A stretch of 64,000 nucleotides of DNA from Iphione sp. A-MEVVRFRX5 (Eukaryota): the NCBI GenBank assembly GCA_976226885.1, contig OZ320314.1, positions 13,764,001 through 13,828,000 of the forward strand, given 5' to 3'. Below, piece after piece: positions 63,116 through 64,000 of the stretch. The notes beneath the pieces are model-generated. The model worked only from the letters and a program-made list of their open reading frames with translations. It was not told the origin of the DNA and did not search any database. Both the position numbers and the translations under genes were made by a program. Numbering within the stretch: position 1 is the stretch's first letter; every line of letters begins with the position of its first letter.

Positions 63116-64000
63116 GTGATGATTTTACAGTTGTTAATTATTATTATAGCCTATTCGCTGAAGCATTTCCATGTCAAAAAAAACAAAAACATTAATCTAC
63201 CAGCCCTGTCCATTTTTACGTTCTTACCATAACAGTTCTTTTACACAGTTCTTTTTAGGGACAGGACAGGGGCTGTTATCAAAGAGTTAGGGTTCAGTCT
63301 ATCCATAGGATATTAATCCTTAGGGCATTTGCATTCATAAATGATGACGTCAATCTTAAATATCAATATGCTGTGCATTGTACCCTTTCCTCAAAGGTAC
63401 GAGGCATCTTGATTACAACCATTTACATAGAATGCTATAACATCCATTATAGTGGGGAAATTGAGAGCGCCGTTACAATAAAGTATGAGAAGATACCTAT
63501 ATAGATATATATATGTGTGTATGTGTGTGCTGCCTAATGAGACCAAACTGTGGGAGAAAACTGTGGGAGTCCATTTCTCAGCTTGGATTCCTCTGGTTTT
63601 AAAATATTAAAATACATGAAATATTACTGAAGATAATCAAAATTCAAGTTCTAAAATGTTTTTAACTTTACCAATACAGCCTCTCAGACAATCTCTCTGA
63701 AGGTTTGTAGTCTTGATCTGGATTGATTGCCCTTGTGGTCCCTGAATGGAATAAAGCTTGAATGAAATTGGTTAAAATTAGCTGAACAGTAAACTTTGTT
63801 ATGGACATCAGATCAAGTAGCATCTTGGCATGCAGACAAATGAATTAGAAGGGCAATCTAGAACGAAGGGCATATTTTGCCTGTCTGAATACTTGATAAT
63901 ATATCTAAAAAGAGGAAAGCTCCAGTCAGGTCTCACTGGTCCCTCCATGGTTCCATTGGAGGGTCCCTTTCTGTTTTAGGTGTCCATTTCCACTCAGTTA

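Noticed and set aside
63345-63352. TGACGTCA CRE site
   Set aside because: One 8-mer in 64 kb is expected by chance, and no promoter context is evident.

Overview
Animal genomic DNA, AT-rich and CpG-poor, probably an invertebrate (inference). The ORF track fragments because the genes are spliced. The window holds a head-to-tail tandem duplication: unit A ~2073-31045 and unit B ~31337-57577. Each unit carries an intact 15-coding-exon, minus-strand sodium:solute symporter of the SLC5A5/6/8/12 (NIS/SMVT/SMCT-like) subfamily. I assembled both CDSs by hand: all exon phases join and there are no internal stops. A is 589-590 aa, B is 589 aa, with 91 differences (~85% identity). The most notable signal is that the paralogs differ radically at helix positions that line the substrate site in this family. 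B has Arg in TM4 and Leu in TM7. A has Val plus Asp in TM4, Arg in TM7, Trp-His in TM8 and Asn->Ile in TM9. This suggests a substrate or coupling switch after duplication. Other features: a GC-AG donor in B only, a candidate 17-nt 5'UTR micro-exon with a conserved Met-Leu-stop uORF, a candidate poison exon, and many TEs (four piggyBac-type TTAA elements, two solo LTRs, several LINE relics, a DIRS/Ngaro relic, a Tc1/mariner MITE, a tRNA-SINE head). The window end repeats the window start, predicting a third, older unit beyond 64000. No rRNA, functional tRNA or CRISPR array was found. Transporter residue equivalences are by-eye alignments to remembered sequences and need a real alignment.
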